Shown in pieces: positions 47,357-60,960 of a stretch of DNA of 64,000 nucleotides (position 1 is the stretch's first letter; every line of letters starts with the position of its first letter). The notes beneath the pieces are model-generated. The model saw nothing but the letters and a program-made list of their open reading frames with translations, ran no database searches and had not been told where the DNA came from. Origin of the DNA: Amphiscolops sp. MND2022 (taxonomy: Eukaryota); NCBI GenBank assembly GCA_964187785.1, contig OZ076413.1:46936001-47000000 (forward strand). The letters are read 5' to 3'. Position numbers and translations under genes: made by a program.

Positions 47357-50300
47357 ATGTATCACCCAACAGCAATGGCAAATGCTGTCACACCTACAAG
47401 TTGGTTTTATACTTTATATGTACATACCCCATCAAGTATAGTACAAAGAGACAACCCATCTATATTGGAAATTGCATTCCTTCTAGATAGCGGTGTTTCT
47501 ATTTCTGTATTAAACTACTCAACATACATAACTCTTACAAAACTCTTATATATCAGATCAAATCACACTTCAGATGTTGGACCAACTCGAAATTCCAAAA
47601 CATTAACCGTTGCAAACCAAACTGAAGTTCCTATTTTACACTACGCAAATATATGTCTGAACACTACTATTGATGAGAACTCCCGTTACTTTTCAGTACC
47701 TTTTGCAGTAGCTGATATCAAATACAACATTCTTGGCACACCCTTCTATGAAGACAATATACAAAACATAAACATACAAGACTTTACACTCGAATTCAAA
47801 TACCAATCAAAAACAAACCCAAATTACGCAAAGTTCACAACACTTCTATCTAAAGATTACCCATATTTCTCGTACTTTTATAGAATTAATTCAAAGACTC
47901 AAATCCGCCTAAAACTCAAGTCTTCAAAAATTGCACACTTTCCAATAAAAAATTATCATAACCTCCATTTTACAACTACTCCACAAAACCACTTCTTCCC
48001 TTCAGTACCTCATACCTATTTTGCTACAAAATTTCGTACAAATTTCAATTTTATTGAAGTATTCACTGATGACAAACCAGACATCTGTGCAACTATCATC
48101 CAAAACACCTCAAAACATGTTGCAACACTACCTACAGGACATATTGGATACATTGAAGTTCCAATTACTAATGAAAAACCCAAATTCTTCCAAGTTAATG
48201 ATATTAACACTTTAATACATAACGTTACTCATACCTACCATCCTGAAATTACTGAACCAAATCCACCAACTAACTATTTCGTACAATACGATGATCCTAC
48301 AACCCCTCCTCCTCAATTCTCTTTACATCAAATTTATATGACAAACGATGACATTCCAAATCAAACTTCTCCTTTATATAATGTTCAACCTACTTCTCAT
48401 ACTTCCGAAAAACGCATTTTTCCTTCTCTACCATACACGTCTGAAAATCCGAAATTTATTAATAAATTTAACTTCCAATTTTCTGACCTTACAGACACAG
48501 AATACATTACTCTCTGCAATATGTTACTCAAGTATAAAACATGTTATGCAACCCATAAAAACGATGTTGGAAAAATTTCAACACCCTTTCGTATTCAACT
48601 CAAACCTAATGCTCAACTTATGACACAACGTCCTTCTAAAGTCCCTATTCACTATCGAGACAAACTTAATGTACTTCTCAAAGAACTCGAAAAATTTAAC
48701 ATTATCAAACAAATTGGTTCCTCTCCACAAGACAAACCCGTTTATGGCACAACTTATTTAAACCCTCTCATTATAATCCCCAAGGGAGATACTATAAAAT
48801 GTGTATTAGACGCCCGACATCTTATTCCAATTCAGAACAATCTGATGAATCTTGGCCTATTGAACCTCTCGCTCCACAATTAGCACGCGCAAACAAAAAG
48901 TACAAATCTGCTATTGATCTTATGTATGCCTATGCACATACACCTCTTGATGAAGACACTATTAAACTCACCAGTTTCTCCTCAGGAGATAAACTTTTCG
49001 CTTTCATCCGAGGCTTTTATGGTCTCAAAGGACTCCCAAACTTCTTTACAAAACAAACGTCTACCTTCTTTAAAACTCTTATAGAACAAGGTTTTGCTCT
49101 TGTCTACATTGACGATATATTACTTTTATCTGACTCTAAAGAACACATGTTCCAACTCATAGAACAACTACACATCATTAGTACAAAAAACAATCTTAAA
49201 CTAGCCCCTGAAAAATCCTTTTTTTTTGCTTCTTAAAGTTAAATTTCTTGGACATGAAATTGGTTACAATACAATTGAACCAATCCATTCGAAAATTGCA
49301 GCTATTCATAAAATACCTTCTCCAACTGGAAAAGTCGCTCTAATGAGTTTCATCGGTGCACTCAATTTTTACACCGAATTTATTGAAAAACTACATATTA
49401 ACCTCAAACCATTTTACGATCTTTTATATGAGAACACTCCTTGGAAATGGACAGACGAACACGAAAGTCTCTTCCAAAAACTTAAAATGTCTCTCACTTC
49501 TGAAACAGAACTTACAATACCAAATACAAAACATACATTTTTCATTACAGTTGACGCTTCCCTTATTGGACTAGGCGCTGTCTTATTCCAATTAAATGGA
49601 CAAAACAAAATGAAAGTTATATCGTACAACTCTCGTATACTTAACCCACAAGAACAAAAACTCTCCACACTTGATAGAGAACTCCTTGGTATAGTACATG
49701 CTCTACAAATTTATGAATTTCTTATCATTGGTTCACCCCATCCAATACACATTTTTACTGATCACAAACCATTATTACATTGTTTTACAAAGAAAGGTAA
49801 CCTCAATCCTTGTTTTTATAGAGCTCAAATGCAGTTAACAAAATTTTTTCAACTCAAAATAATTCACACTCCTGGCAAAAATCTCTCTGTTGCCGATATG
49901 TTAAGCCGCTCTTTTACAAAAGCTGAATTACAACTTAACCAATTAAAACATAAACAACTTCCATCACAAATCGATTTTGCACTTCTACAAGATAACACTC
50001 TTAAACCTGTACATTACTTAATTAAACATGAAGAAATTCTACCTCATCAAAAACATGACTCTCACCCAATTCTCGCTGATTATGGTACAGACCAATTCTC
50101 TATTCGTATCAACGATAAAGGAAATGACATTGTTGTCAAACCGTTACAATCTTTTTCATTCAATTCTATAACTCTTTTTCAAACCAAATTCAAAACACCT
50201 ATAAAAAAGAAAAATAAAACACTTCATCAACAATCTCTCTTACTAAATGATACTGATGTTACAAGCGATGACGAAGACCATATATATACCAGGATTCCAA

Positions 50301-52416
50301 AATCTGACTCTTCTTTCCTACATGACACAACTTTACAAACTGGAAACTATTCTACTCTTAAACAATTAACCCCAAATACTACACAAAAATCTGTTTCTGC
50401 AATAAATGTACAACCAAATCTACCATCTCTTACACATTCTCCACAAATTATACCTTTCTATGATACATCATTTTTTAAGTACAAAAACTATCTTCAAGGT
50501 TTTTCCTCCCAGATGACTACTCCTTAGACATAACAACACTTCAACAACAACAATCCCAAGACACGGTTCTTAAAACTGTTTATTCTTGGATCATAAACAA
50601 TGAAAAACCTGAGACTCTAACACCACTTATCACTGGCACTCCATTTCTACATGCTTATTACAAACGATTTACACAACTTTCTATAGACGATTCCACAAAT
50701 CTTATTAGCCTTTATACTACACACCCTACTACTCTAAACCAATCTTCTGCTCCAGATTTTGTACGCGCTACTATTCGAATATGTCTTCCATTCCGACTCT
50801 TCAAAACTGTTTTTAACAAACATCATGAACACTCCCATACAGGCATCAAAATTACATATAACACATTCACACAGTACTACTACATTCCATTTGTTGAAAA
50901 ATGGCTTTCCATTTTTATACATGACTGTATTGAATGTCAACGCAATAAACACTTCAACATGAAAATTCAAACTGCTCCTACACAATCCTTTTCAGAACAT
51001 GCTCCATCCTTCAATTACCGTGTTTCAATGGACACTAAAGGACCTAATAATCCTCCTTCTCACAACAAATCATATATACATGTAATAATTGACGCTTTTA
51101 GTCACTTTGTTGTTACAGTACCCATCAAATCAAATAACGCAAAGACTGCTATCAAAAGTCTTCTACACCATTGGATTATTAAATTTGGACCACCCATATA
51201 TCTTGTCACTGATCGTGGATCAGAATATGTTAACAAAGAAACGGCACACCTTTGTACACTTATGGGAATTCGTCACTCTCCAAGAACAGCTTACTCTCCT
51301 TGGACAAATGGCCTTGTCGAAGTACAAAACAGAAACCTTGGTACACATCTTTGAATGTTTTTACATGACACACCTAAAGATTGGGCATTCCAAGTCCATA
51401 TGTACGCTTATGCACATAATTCACAACCACTTTCGGAACTTAGTATTTCTCCTCATGAAATTGTTTTTAACACCAGACCCAGAATCCCCCTTACGTTCGA
51501 TTTAAATCTTAACAGAGACACCTCTAAAACATGTATTTCACACTATTGCTCTCAACTTCCAGAACACTCCCACTATGATAAATCAGATCTTAACCCATTT
51601 TTTTATAAAACACTTTCAAAACCCATTCCACAATGGTTTCTCGCCGTAGAAACTGCTATGTTACAAATTTATTCCACAGTATACGAAAACACTTTACGAA
51701 AAATCAATTCACACGCATACATTACGAAAACGTACCACGAAGGTCAACCCCTTCCTATTGGCACCTTTGTTTTAAAACGCAATTTCACACACGTACACTT
51801 TTCTGACAAACTAAAACCCCTTCGGATTGGACCATACAAAATTCTTGACAGACTATCAGATGCTACATATGAACTACTTGCACAAGATGGCTCTACAATA
51901 CATGTTCATAGAAACCATTTAAGTCCATATTATCCATAAGAACCACTTTTATATCCACATTTGCGTAGTTTCATGCGCTTTTCAGACACAACTCAATTCC
52001 AAGTTCCACAACCTACCAAATATGCAAACAGTGATTCCTCCCCTTTTAACTCAGACGAATCCTTATGAGACGCCTTATCAGACAAAAATTCTCAAATATT
52101 CATGACACCATCCACAACGGATAATTCCTCTCAAACATTTGTGACACCATCATCATTTAGAACGTCCAATCAAAGTACACCATCTACAACATCCAATGAC
52201 AAGTCTTTAACTTCCTCAACCAATGACAACTCCTTATATAAATACATAATTAACACCCCTCATACTAATATCTCTAGTGACAGATCAAGACACCATTCTA
52301 ATAACCAAACAACTTCACTTCCTCCTCTAATTGACAGAACTACTAAAACTACTTATAAACTACGACAACAACCCAATCTAGATTATAGACTTTTTATTAC
52401 ACCTTCAAAACTGTAA
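47357..52416 (+). pseudogene. Element B pol, copy 2
   Basis: Same PR/RT/RH/IN motifs and the same lesions as copy 1, plus an extra stop at 51937. Confidence 0.93.
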
Positions 52417-52496
52417 CTTCATCATTCTACCCGCTGGCTCACTCGAAACTAGACACCACAGCTGAATGAAAGATAATCAATAACAAGTTATCTCAA

Positions 52497-53740
52497 AGAT
52501 AACCTGTTGAAAACATTTCAACAATCCTGGATTCTTCCTCTGATATATCTCCATCAGCTCCAAGCATTCCTTCTCCTGAATCTTCAGTATCAACCACTAC
52601 AAACTCTAGTAATGTAACTCCTACTACTCCTTCTAAAAGACCAAGATCATACGTTTCTGGAACAACATCTTCATCACTCCTTCATAGACCACCTATAACT
52701 GAAATACCTATAAACACTCGTACTCAACAAACTCCTATTAACACTCCTATAGTACACATACCAAACCTGAAAGTGTTGAACAATACGTAAATTACAAACA
52801 TCCTACAGCTATCAAAACTGTTAGACTACAACCTCACCTCAATCTTGTACAAATCCCTGATACCGAATTTACAAAATTACCTTCACTGAAATTACCATCA
52901 GAACTTAGTACTACTCCTTCAAAACTTTATCCACCATTAAAACCTCTTCGAAAACCTTCTACATCACTCTCAAATCTCTTAGACAATACATCAGAATACA
53001 CTCCATCACAAGATACAACAGGCTCACTTTTTGTACCACATCATAGATATATTCTTCGAAACCTTCCTTCACGAAGACTTAGTACAGACACTTCTACACT
53101 TAACCTATCTGCTCTTTCTAGTAATTCTACTTTAAGACTTTTACGACAACACGCACAACCGTTGTCTTCTGAAACACATTCTTCTGACTTCATACCTTTT
53201 CCATATTTTACATCTGGTTTTGACACCGCTTCTCTACTTTCCTCAGACGCTCAGACTGCATTCCTTTCTGGAAATCTTTTCTCAGAAGTTATAATACCTA
53301 CTCTTGTCCCCGCACATATTAGAATACCTGAATATTATACTGCAGATCAATCTAGATCTCCAACTCCAAACTTTGCTGACTACCCACTTAGAGTCGATGG
53401 TATAACCATCTACGACCCACAGCACGATCCTAGATTTCCTATCCTTGCAGAACGGTTTATTACAAATAACGATCTCTTATCTCACAAAAGAAAAGAAACA
53501 GAACTAAAACGCCTTCAGACACCGAATCTAGAACTCACATTTGAAGTAAAGGTCAAATTTCAATGTTTAAATCCACATCCGATATTTCACGTCTCAAAGA
53601 TAGAACATAAAACTTCTCCTGCTCCTTTTGAAGTGATACACATTGATTCTGAACGAGACCCCAATATACCTACTATCACATTAGGCAAAATCATATTCTG
53701 TAACCCCTACTCAGGTCTTAAATATACTACCTCTTTTTGA
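52497..53740 (+). pseudogene. Accessory ORF X, copy 2
   Basis: Duplicate of 39890-41133. Confidence 0.5.
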
Positions 53741-56473
53741 ACTCCTTACAACTTCATATATAACAATTCTCATACTCTATTCACACCTATTTAACTTTAC
53801 CTTTTCAATACCCATAACACCCTCTGACACAGAAAACTATCTTCCATCGGATGATCCGAATATTACAAATCTCATGGTTTCTCATTATGACTGTGCAAAA
53901 CAACACAATCTGAGACTATTTAATTTACTTAATGTAAAACAATGCACTGAAGCTCCTTCAGACATTAAACGTGCAAGTGTTAAAGCCCGTGTTTATGTCC
54001 GCGCAAAAGCTAAACGCATCAAAGCTTTTAAATGTGTTGCTTATGCAAAGAAAGAAAGAAAAGTATGCTTTCAAGGCTCCGTAAAATACCGTCGTGTTGA
54101 TAGAACAGTATTGAATTATAATACATTACCGCTTCCTGTTACTTTTGATCCATTAGAATGTAAAAACATTATAAGACACTTAAATGGTACAAATGATAAA
54201 ATATTGAACAACCTCCACTACAATAAAACTTTCACACTCTTAGAAGACCATTATTTTCAAGAACGATTAGAACAATATCAAACTCCTTTCACTGTATACC
54301 AATTGAACAAAATGTACACAGGTACATTTACATTTATGCCCGCCGATAAGAACTGGATATATGACCCTACTCAAAACCCTTATCATAACTGTCCTGCTCA
54401 TCACCAATTCGAAGTCAACCTAGTTAGCTGGCGATTAGAAATTTCCGAAGTAGAACTTACTTAAGATGACACATCTAATGACATGATAATAGATGGACAT
54501 ACATTACCCTACTATTTTGCAGATGGTTTTGTGAACCCACAACGAAAACCCCTTTTACTCTTGTTCGGTTCAATGATGACTATTGCCTAATCTTCACATT
54601 ACAAGATTCCATTGGTCGTATGACTAAAGTTGAAGATAGATACTGGATTGAAACAGACTCTTTTGTACATTCTCCACACTCAATAAAACCTAAAACAACT
54701 TCTGGTATCAAAGGTACAGAACATCCCTATGTTTATGCTCCTCATACACAACATCCAAATAACCCAAGTCTTTCAAGATTTGAAGTTTTTCCTACAGCAC
54801 AAACCTTTTGTGGTAAACCAGACCCTCTTTATTCTACACAATACTCAGACCTTTTTGTTACATACAATGATGGTTTCAATATGCATACAGGACAACCCAA
54901 TCCTCATTCTATGATTGATGAGTATATTTCTGGTAAAATAGTATTGGACACTTCAAATAACAAATTTGTATTTCCTGCATTAAATGTATCAAACAATTTT
55001 GCTACCATTGATTATGATGCACATATAAACACCAAATTAGATTATACTATTAATCATGTTTTCCGATCAATGACAGTACAAGAACTAAATACTCTTCATA
55101 CAATATGTGAACTAGTACGAAATCAACTCCTTACAATACTCGCAATGTCAGTACAAAACCCTCAACTTGCTGGTTTCCTTTTAACCGGTAATAGAAGTAA
55201 CTTCTTATACGTTGAAGGCTCAACCGCCTGGCTTTATGACTGTCCTCATTTTTTATCTCCTTTATACAAAGCAGATAGATGCTTTGACCGTATACCCATA
55301 CATTTTAAAGATACCCTAATGTACGTTGATCCTATTACAAGACAAACTTATGATTATGCTACACCAATTACATGTGATAATAATCCACGTAACATTATTG
55401 AACTAGATCCTGATTCAGACGACCAAGACTTTTACATTCTTGGACCTGAACCTATTAAACGCAAACCTCCACTAATGTTTACACCTTCACAAATCGAAAC
55501 TACAATACGTCCTAATACTTTTACAGCTCAAGATGCTGGTATATATTCTAATGCAGAACTTGTCCAATTTTGGAATCGTATTTTATTTTCCAAACATTCT
55601 GATTCTACACTTCAATTATTAGGCAAAGCTCTTAGCTACTCTTTCATTTCATCTCATACTCCTAATTATAATGCAGACTCCCCTCAAGACTCTGGTAATC
55701 CATATAATACATTACGTATAGGACTACATGATAAACTCTTGAAATTAACTCCACTTTTTACGCCTACATGGTTTTCAGATGCTTTCATTGCACTTTTTGA
55801 CTACCCTTGTTATATTCTCACACAATGTGGTATATATTTTTTTACATTCCTTTTTGTACAAGCTACTCTTACACTCATTGTCAAACTCTACAAAACAATA
55901 TCTATTAAATATAATCTAAAAAATAAAATTACCATTTTTAGCTCCATAGCACATGGTTTTTTTAATGTTCTTACAGCACGAATGGTTAATGACCTCAATG
56001 AGACTCAAAACAAAAAACCCAAAACTACACTTTTAAAATCCAAATCCTTAGATAATTTTGTTGACAATTCAACAAATTTAATTATTCATTCTACCGATGT
56101 TACTTCCCCTCCACCTTTCTATACTAAACGTCCTAACAAAATTCAATTTCCTAAATTTAACTTGTTTCCGAAACGACACCACAATTCTCACCAAAAAACA
56201 GCGCCACTTCCTTTCTCTCCTGTTCAACATCCTCCACTTCCTAATGATACTCATAAAAACATTCACTCGAATGACAATCTAACTACTCAACATGACACTT
56301 TAATTAACAATCCTGTCACCTCCAATACGGATACACCAATTAAAATATATTCACGGATAAACTATCCTTTTCCTCCTCCATCTTCTTGGACACTCTCTCA
56401 GTTTTTTGCAAACTCTCTTCCAGCACACTTGCCTACCACTTCTCTTCACAATTGTTACTCCTCCACCACTTGA
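53715..56473 (+). pseudogene. Env-like class III glycoprotein, copy 2
   Basis: ORFs 53874-54464 and 54620-56473 duplicate copy 1; TGG instead of TGA extends the tail by 28 aa. Confidence 0.82.
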
Positions 56474-56600
56474 AACCCTTGCAGAAGTTCATCTTCCTCA
56501 ATCCAACAACACCTCTCTCATAATAACAATCTTCAAATACTCTTCACCTAAAGTTGATAAATCCGCTCGTTAGTGTCATTTACAGTACTTTCACTTTAAA

Positions 56601-57988
56601 GTGATAAGGCCTCTTGGAATAGATAACACTGTGACTGTTGATGTTTTTCCTTTAAACACAATGACACAAGCACAAATTGATCTACAAACACAGCTTGAAC
56701 AAGCAACCCCAACAGATCTTATAACAAGACGTCTTTCAAATGATTCTCCTGTTCTCTATATCGAGACTTCTGAACAAACACCTGCAACTTTTCTTGAACA
56801 AATGGAACATACAAAAGTTGAACACGAAAATTCAAAACCTACTCCTTCACAAGATGATAATGATCATACACAAACAACACCACCTCCTCCGAAAAAGCGA
56901 TATGAAATTATGAACGATCCAATCTTTCTTTCGTCACCAATATATCCTCCTTCAATACCTCAAAAACTTCAATTTGCACGAATCGCGATGATCATTTGAT
57001 CCCACTTCTTTTTACTGGCGATTTCGTCTTTAAAGCACAACTAACTTCTCTATATATGCATCGTACTGATTACTCATTCCGCCTATATGACAAAAATCAA
57101 GACTTCTTCACATCTATTGCCTCCAAAAGTATGGGTCCATACCAATATTGGCTCGATAATGGAGTTAAAATTTTCTCTCTACATTTCAACTTTCTCCGTC
57201 CTTCTATCTACGATCTCAAAACAGATGAATCTGATCCATCGTTCCTTTCTATTTCACAGAAAGCTACTCATCATCAAACATATACTAAATTTCTACAATA
57301 CACCAAACCACAAAATCACATTTTCGTCAATTACAAATATACATCACCGTTCACCATGACAAATATGTACACTCTCGACCACTCTTGTATAACAGGCTAC
57401 CTTCGAAATTATGACCCTATAAAACAATACTTCTGTTTGCTTCCATACAATAATACTTCACGTCCACTTATTGTACCTCAAGAATACCTCATACATTATG
57501 ATGACTTTTTGTTGCCTTGCAACATTCCTACTCAAATTGTCAAACCTCTCAATGTCAATAAACACCTAGTATCTTCTCCACTTGATGATAAAGACAGAAC
57601 TTACTATACAGCACTCTACAAGCAAACGTATTCCTACAATGAACTTCTCTTCATTTCTGCAAAGACTATCTCCTTTATGGTACAAGCTGAACAAAAAACT
57701 GAACATAAATCACACTCTTCACCTATAAAAAAAACTCCTGACAAACTTTCCTCTGTACTGAATAACCGAACACTTCGCGACATGACAAGTTTACTTGAAC
57801 CCTATAAACGAAACTCCTCTGAAACACCTATCACATCACTCACACATATACTACACTGCTATGACAGAACACACAAACTCCCTCAGACACTCGATTTAGA
57901 TTCTCAACGCATCACTCAATCATCCCAAGCAATTCAATCTGCTTTGGAAACTATAACTACTCTTTTTAACTCAACTAATCTTCATTAA
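56601..57988 (+). pseudogene. Accessory ORF Y, copy 2
   Basis: Duplicate of 43994-45381. Confidence 0.55.
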
Positions 57989-58406
57989 ACTCTCCTACAG
58001 GTAATACAAATTTCCTAATTTTCTTTTCTGGAACAATCTATGATACATCTTTGACACAATATCAAAAGTATTTCAATTTTTACCTACTAAATCAAAGTAA
58101 TATCTTGCTTTCTGAATGAAATCTCAGGACTATCTTTCAAATACATATTTTTTTCCTATAGTACATGTCAAAAAAATAACTACTTCTATCTAAAAAACTA
58201 CGATACAAGACATACAAGACAGTATAGCACAAAACTAAATATGATACATTCTAGCACCCAATTGTGTTGTACTCCTTTGACGTGTCATTGTCATTCTTTT
58301 TACACTTCCTTTGTTTAAGAAACATCTATTCTTCTTCCTCCTCCTTCCCCATTCTTTCAGAACATTTCTACTTCTCTCTCTTCACGATCTTCAGAACGTC
58401 GTCACC

Positions 58407-58855
58407 ATGGCTCCCAATGCTGAAACAGAAGACATTATTGCCATGACCTCAGATTTCTCAAAAGTGCACAGCCTCAAAGCCGCCATATTCCACACCATGG
58501 CATTTAAACTCTCGCTCGAAATAAATAACAAAATAACTCCGAAATGTCTCATTGCTTTCTTAAAAATCCTTTACAAGGTCACCCAAATAAAGAAGAAAAA
58601 ATTACATTTGAGCAATACTCGCGTATTCACCTCGAAGGACCCAAAATTGCAACTTGCGAAACGGCGTCCAATGTCGTTTTCGTCTTAAATTCCTCCTTTA
58701 CTTCAAAGGATCAATACTTCCGTACCGCTCTTCAAGAAGCCACTGACGCTTTTAATAACATGCTTAAAGATTTCGGGTATACTCAAAAACTAGAACTATA
58801 TGACCCGCTTCAACACCAAGCTCATCCTCCGTCGCAACATCCTCTGTTTCATTAA
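58407..58855 (+). pseudogene. Accessory ORF Z, copy 2
   Basis: Duplicate of 45801-46249. Confidence 0.5.
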
Positions 58856-60126
58856 TCTACAAAACAAAACTTCTACTCACTTTTATTTCACTCTTCAACT
58901 ACATTTCGCCTTCAATCCTTCATCTTCCTTCGATGATGCACTGAAATGTGGTTGCTGATCACTCCTCTGAAGAACTTCTCCTACACATGCTGACATTCTT
59001 CACTTCACGCACACACGATTGTCAACATCATCCATCCACACTCTGGGTTCGCAGACGTTGCCAACATTCTTCTTGTCCTCGTCACTGGTCTTCTCAACCT
59101 GCCTCTTCACTGGTCTTCACACTTCAATGTCCGTCGACTTCTTGACTGGTCTTCACACTCCAATGGACTACACTCCAGATTTCAAACAATATAATCCAAA
59201 TTGAGTCATTTTTCAAACTGAACTATACAGTCAATTTTAACAAATATAACTTGTAGCTTATTGTAACCCATTTTAATCACTTTATAACTCCAATACAGTG
59301 TAGTGCTATATAATCCTATGATCTTAATCTTCTATAATCGTATTATAATTACCCCATCTATTGCTAAATCCTTACAAAATTGTATCTATAATTATCTTTG
59401 TAACCACAAAATATATCTTCCCAAATTATATCAAAAATTTTGACAAAGTTTTTTCTTTTACAAAACATGTTCTACACCTTTGTTTTACTTCCCAAAAGCA
59501 ATCCCCAAAAATTTTCAAAATTTTTCTTTTGAACTTTCCAAAACTGTAACTTCTCGTTTTTTAATGTTTGAAATCTGCAATTGCCAAAGTTATTTTCTTT
59601 CTTGAACTTTTTGTTTCTGCTCTCCTCTTCACTTTAGTTGAAATTGAACTTTCACTAGAACCTTGACTTTTCGAAACTTCTTCACTTTTGGTTCACATAC
59701 CCGCCAATGTTGGTTCACAACTCATTGACAACTTCATGCTTTAATTCTTCAACTTGAAAAGTTTTCAATGCTGACTAACTCATGTTGATGAAGAATTTTT
59801 TTTCAAACAAGCCGATGGCTGATACGAAACGAAACAGGAAATACTAAAAAGTTGTCAACAATAACTTGACCGAAAACTGTCAAAGAAACTGAAAGAACTT
59901 GAACCTTTTTGCACCAATTGAATCGTCTATGACGTAAGAAGTCAAATCGTCTTAGGTTGTTCTCACTCCTTAAGTATTGTACACTACAGAACGAAACTCA
60001 TGCAACTCAAGTACAGTACATATGAAACAAACCCATGCATATAACATCTGAAACAAAAACTTATAGAACTCCTCAAACCCAAAGTGCATATATGGATGTA
60101 ATTTTAATTTTAAATTCCCGGTTGAT

Positions 60127-60538
60127 TGTGATGCCATGATGCATGTCCTCAAAGATTCTATAAATCTGAAATACTCTGAGCTCTTAACCAAAGCAATTAG
60201 TAAATGTAATCTCAATTAAAAGCTAATTATTCTAGAAGAAACTTCACCTAATATATCCTGTAACAAGCTTCCTAGATTCATCCTGTTGCTGTCACATTGT
60301 TAATTGATGAAACCTACCCTAGTTATTAGAATATATCTACTTGGAGAAATTGAGAATTCATCCTGACGATCGGTCTTATCTCCAGTATTTCAAGAACTGA
60401 GATCTCAGAAATAGATTGTACTTAGACCTAGCTAGCTATAAGGTAAAAGTAAGACGACCCCGCTGTTAAAGTCTTAGACTTCTTATGTCTGTAATAAAAC
60501 ATCTAAAAGAAACTACCACAACACTTTTTAACAGCTCA
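60127..60538 (+). repeat. 3' LTR of element B
   Basis: Direct repeat of 30044-30455, followed by the TSD TATC. Confidence 0.96.
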
Positions 60539-60558
60539 TATCCAAGGAGTCCATTGGT

Positions 60559-60960
60559 GTGTGTGGTATAGTCTTCGAGCCGCTCATTGTCATAGTACAA
60601 CGTTACCCTAAGGAACCCAAAAGTATACCTACGTCATGTGCATGTGGCGAAGCGTTCTCAATTGCCCAGACGCTTCACTGGCCACGAGGTGGCTGCACTC
60701 GTATACCCCACAATGAGATCAAAGCGACGTTTACGATGTTCATCGACGATGATTGCTTGAATACGCATTATAAACACGCGAGGCTAAAACAATTGAGACA
60801 TCAATCGATAAAATTCAATATTGAACTAACTAGTTTCATGCCGTTAGTTTTCTCGTGCACCAGAGGCGCTGCATTTTCCACTGAAGAAAAGATGCAACGA
60901 TTAGCCGAAAATACCGCGAAAATATCCAAACGTTATTTGCTGACTGTTTACCTAGATTGA
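60559..60960 (+). pseudogene. Remnant of a CRE-like (restriction-like endonuclease) non-LTR retrotransposon C-terminus
   Basis: PTSCACGEAFSIAQTLHWPRGGCTRIPHNEIK resembles CxCG...H..xC..GG....RHN. SFMPLVFSCTRG resembles the RLE F.PLVFS..GG motif. Confidence 0.6.

Larger units (their letters stand above)
47342..59943 (+). repeat. Internal tandem duplication, copy 2 (12,602 bp)
   Basis: Nearly identical to 34735-47341; unique sequence resumes after GTCAAAT at 59947. Confidence 0.96.
30044..60538 (+). mobile_element. Giant env-bearing Gypsy/errantivirus-like endogenous element (element B) with a 12.6-kb internal tandem duplication
   Basis: 412-bp LTRs (TG...CA), 4-bp TSD TATC (30040-30043 and 60539-60542), PBS, gag-pol, class III glycoprotein ORF and accessory ORFs. 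Confidence 0.95.
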
